Of a stretch of DNA of 64,000 nt, positions 57,428 through 64,000 are shown in pieces. Positions within the stretch are counted from its first letter, which is position 1, and the number at the start of each line of letters is the position of its first letter. A model generated the notes under the pieces. That model saw only the letters and a list, made by a program, of their open reading frames with translations. It did no database searches and was not told the origin of the DNA. The stretch lies in the NCBI RefSeq assembly GCF_964204645.1, contig NC_134026.1, positions 4,177,950 through 4,241,949 of the forward strand, read 5' to 3'. The DNA is from Tubulanus polymorphus. Lineage: Eukaryota; Animalia; Nemertea. The position numbers and the translations under genes are program-made.

Positions 57428-59339
57428 CATGTTTACAATACTATTTACAAAACTATTTACGATAACGATAATGGAATGAAATCATCGTAATGAGAATATC
57501 AACAACGGCAGTGAATGCCTGTGTGCACGCAAGCAAGTTTATAAGCGATTTTATCACAAACAATTATTTTAAGAGATCATGATTATTCTCTCCTTGAATA
57601 AAGAATTCCGTGACACCAAGTCATAATAGGTACACACCAATATGCAACGTACATCGGTTGGAATAATTGATTCCAGTCACTAACCAGGATTGCCAGACTT
57701 GAATTTGGGACCATGATGTCTAAGACATAGCTCGGATACCGCAAGAAATAAACTCGAAACACGAAACACGTGTTCGATGATCCGGTTCGCCCGCAAACTG
57801 ACAGCGAAATAATCATTTCGATAAACCGTGTTTTGTATTTCGCAGTAACGCACACAGTCGTGACAAAATGTGCGCTTTAGGCTTAAGACATGAACCATGG
57901 CCAAAGATCATCAAAAAACCTTATGTATATATAGAATTTATCAATTAACAACACAAATCAATAGATCTTGAGCAAAACAACAACATAAAAAATTACAAAG
58001 TAGATTAACATTAGATATAACCTGTTCATTGACCACCCGCAGTTTTCCACTCTCAAATTGTACGATGATGATTAAGAATTGAACATTAGGCTATGCCAAA
58101 TATTCGATAGTCTGCTCAAAGTACCCAACCCAGGTAAAAATTCCCCTTCTCAGCAACACTTTTTCTTAACCATTCTATCTACTGTAAATTGTGTAAAAGT
58201 AAACAATCCATTTTACAATTTGTATCACAGCCGACGTGCATCTCGTGTGTTTAATTTCATATATATCATTTTTGCTAGCAAAATATCACAAAGCGATATA
58301 GTTTTCTTTCCGAATTACGACTCGCGTATCGGTACCAAACATCACGCAACACTAAAACTAACATGAGTATTTGAAATACTTTAATTGTAATATTGGAACG
58401 CATCTCGAACATCGCGATCGTAATTCAATCGTATAGGATGAATCTAAATTCATCCTCCGGAGAATAAGTTCTGGGTAAGTTTATACCTCTCGGATTAAAA
58501 GAGAGAATTCTCATCTATCGGATGAATTTTTGGTAACAAGAAATAAATCTGAAATGATAATGTCGAAATAAAAATGGCCCCAGTGTAATAAAGTAAATAA
58601 GTAACATAACAGAGTTTTGCAGGCACAGCGTTGCGTGACAGCACTTTCAATAACAGATAAAGTTCATAGTTCAATAGGTAAGTCATATATCTTTTCATAT
58701 TGCTTGTAAAACATATTACACATTCGTGCATTTTCGACATCTATCTATCTACGTATATATGTATGTAGATTATCTATTTGTATATGTCTATCATGTAAGC
58801 ATTATTTGCTTTTTATTTGTTCCCAGCTCTTGATTATATAAGGGCTTTTTGTTTGTTTTTTTTTCCGGTTAACACGGTCGTGCAAACACTTCTTTAGTGT
58901 GTATAAGTTGTTATAATAAGATGTTACAATGGCTGAAACATACCTGTGACCATGGCCGATAGGAAATTTGGATCACAAAACATAAATACGTGCACAGATC
59001 TACTCAGACTCGATTGTTGCAAAAAGTAAATCCATCATTTTTAGTATGAACAGAAATTGGATCATTAACACAACCTAGTAACTTATCAGCCAGACGCTGA
59101 TTCTCTTCCGAGAGAAAGCGAGAATTGCCCATCACATATTATGAGAAAATCATCGGAAACATGGAAAATAATCATTTCTAGATTGTCTTCAGATTGAATT
59201 TTGAACAAATACATTGTGCTTAATAAGTACCTTGTAATGTAAAGTCTAGTATACATTGTGGTCGAATATACAAGGAATAATAAGGTGCAAAACACTCGTC
59301 AGATGTGAAATATATACAAAACACTTTGTTTTTATGCAT

Positions 59340-64000
<4,661 letters not shown>

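Noticed and set aside
56500-59339. Short ORFs downstream of otoferlin
   Set aside because: AT-rich, low-complexity sequence consistent with a long 3' UTR (minus-strand AATAAA near 56581); no coding signal.

Overview
Eukaryotic, AT-rich, gene-dense genomic DNA with many short GT-AG introns; the gene set suggests a bilaterian invertebrate, but the taxon cannot be fixed from sequence alone. I spliced the genes by hand. In order: a tandem pair of MFS transporter genes (-, left copy truncated or interrupted); a SYK-like tandem-SH2 tyrosine kinase (+); sideroflexin-5 (-); a single-coding-exon type I membrane protein with 4 TSP1, 2 LamG and 1 Ig domain (-); a divergent Shaw-like Kv subunit (+); an FABP/CRABP-family gene (+); a small KH + Gly/RGG + 2xCCHC RNA-binding protein gene that the ORF track almost entirely misses (-), head-to-head with MRGBP (+); RGS22-like (+); and the 3' part of otoferlin (-). 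Introns and intergenic DNA carry many MITEs, SINE fragments and a TSD-flanked Penelope-like mini-element with a minimal hammerhead ribozyme core. Best leads: (1) the KH-Gly-zinc-knuckle protein and its candidate poison exons, (2) the hammerhead-bearing Penelope mini-element, (3) the Kv subunit that has lost its PVP gate, (4) the TSP1-LamG-Ig receptor with a duplicated unnamed Cys module, (5) candidate otoferlin microexons. All family calls come from motif recognition, not database searches.
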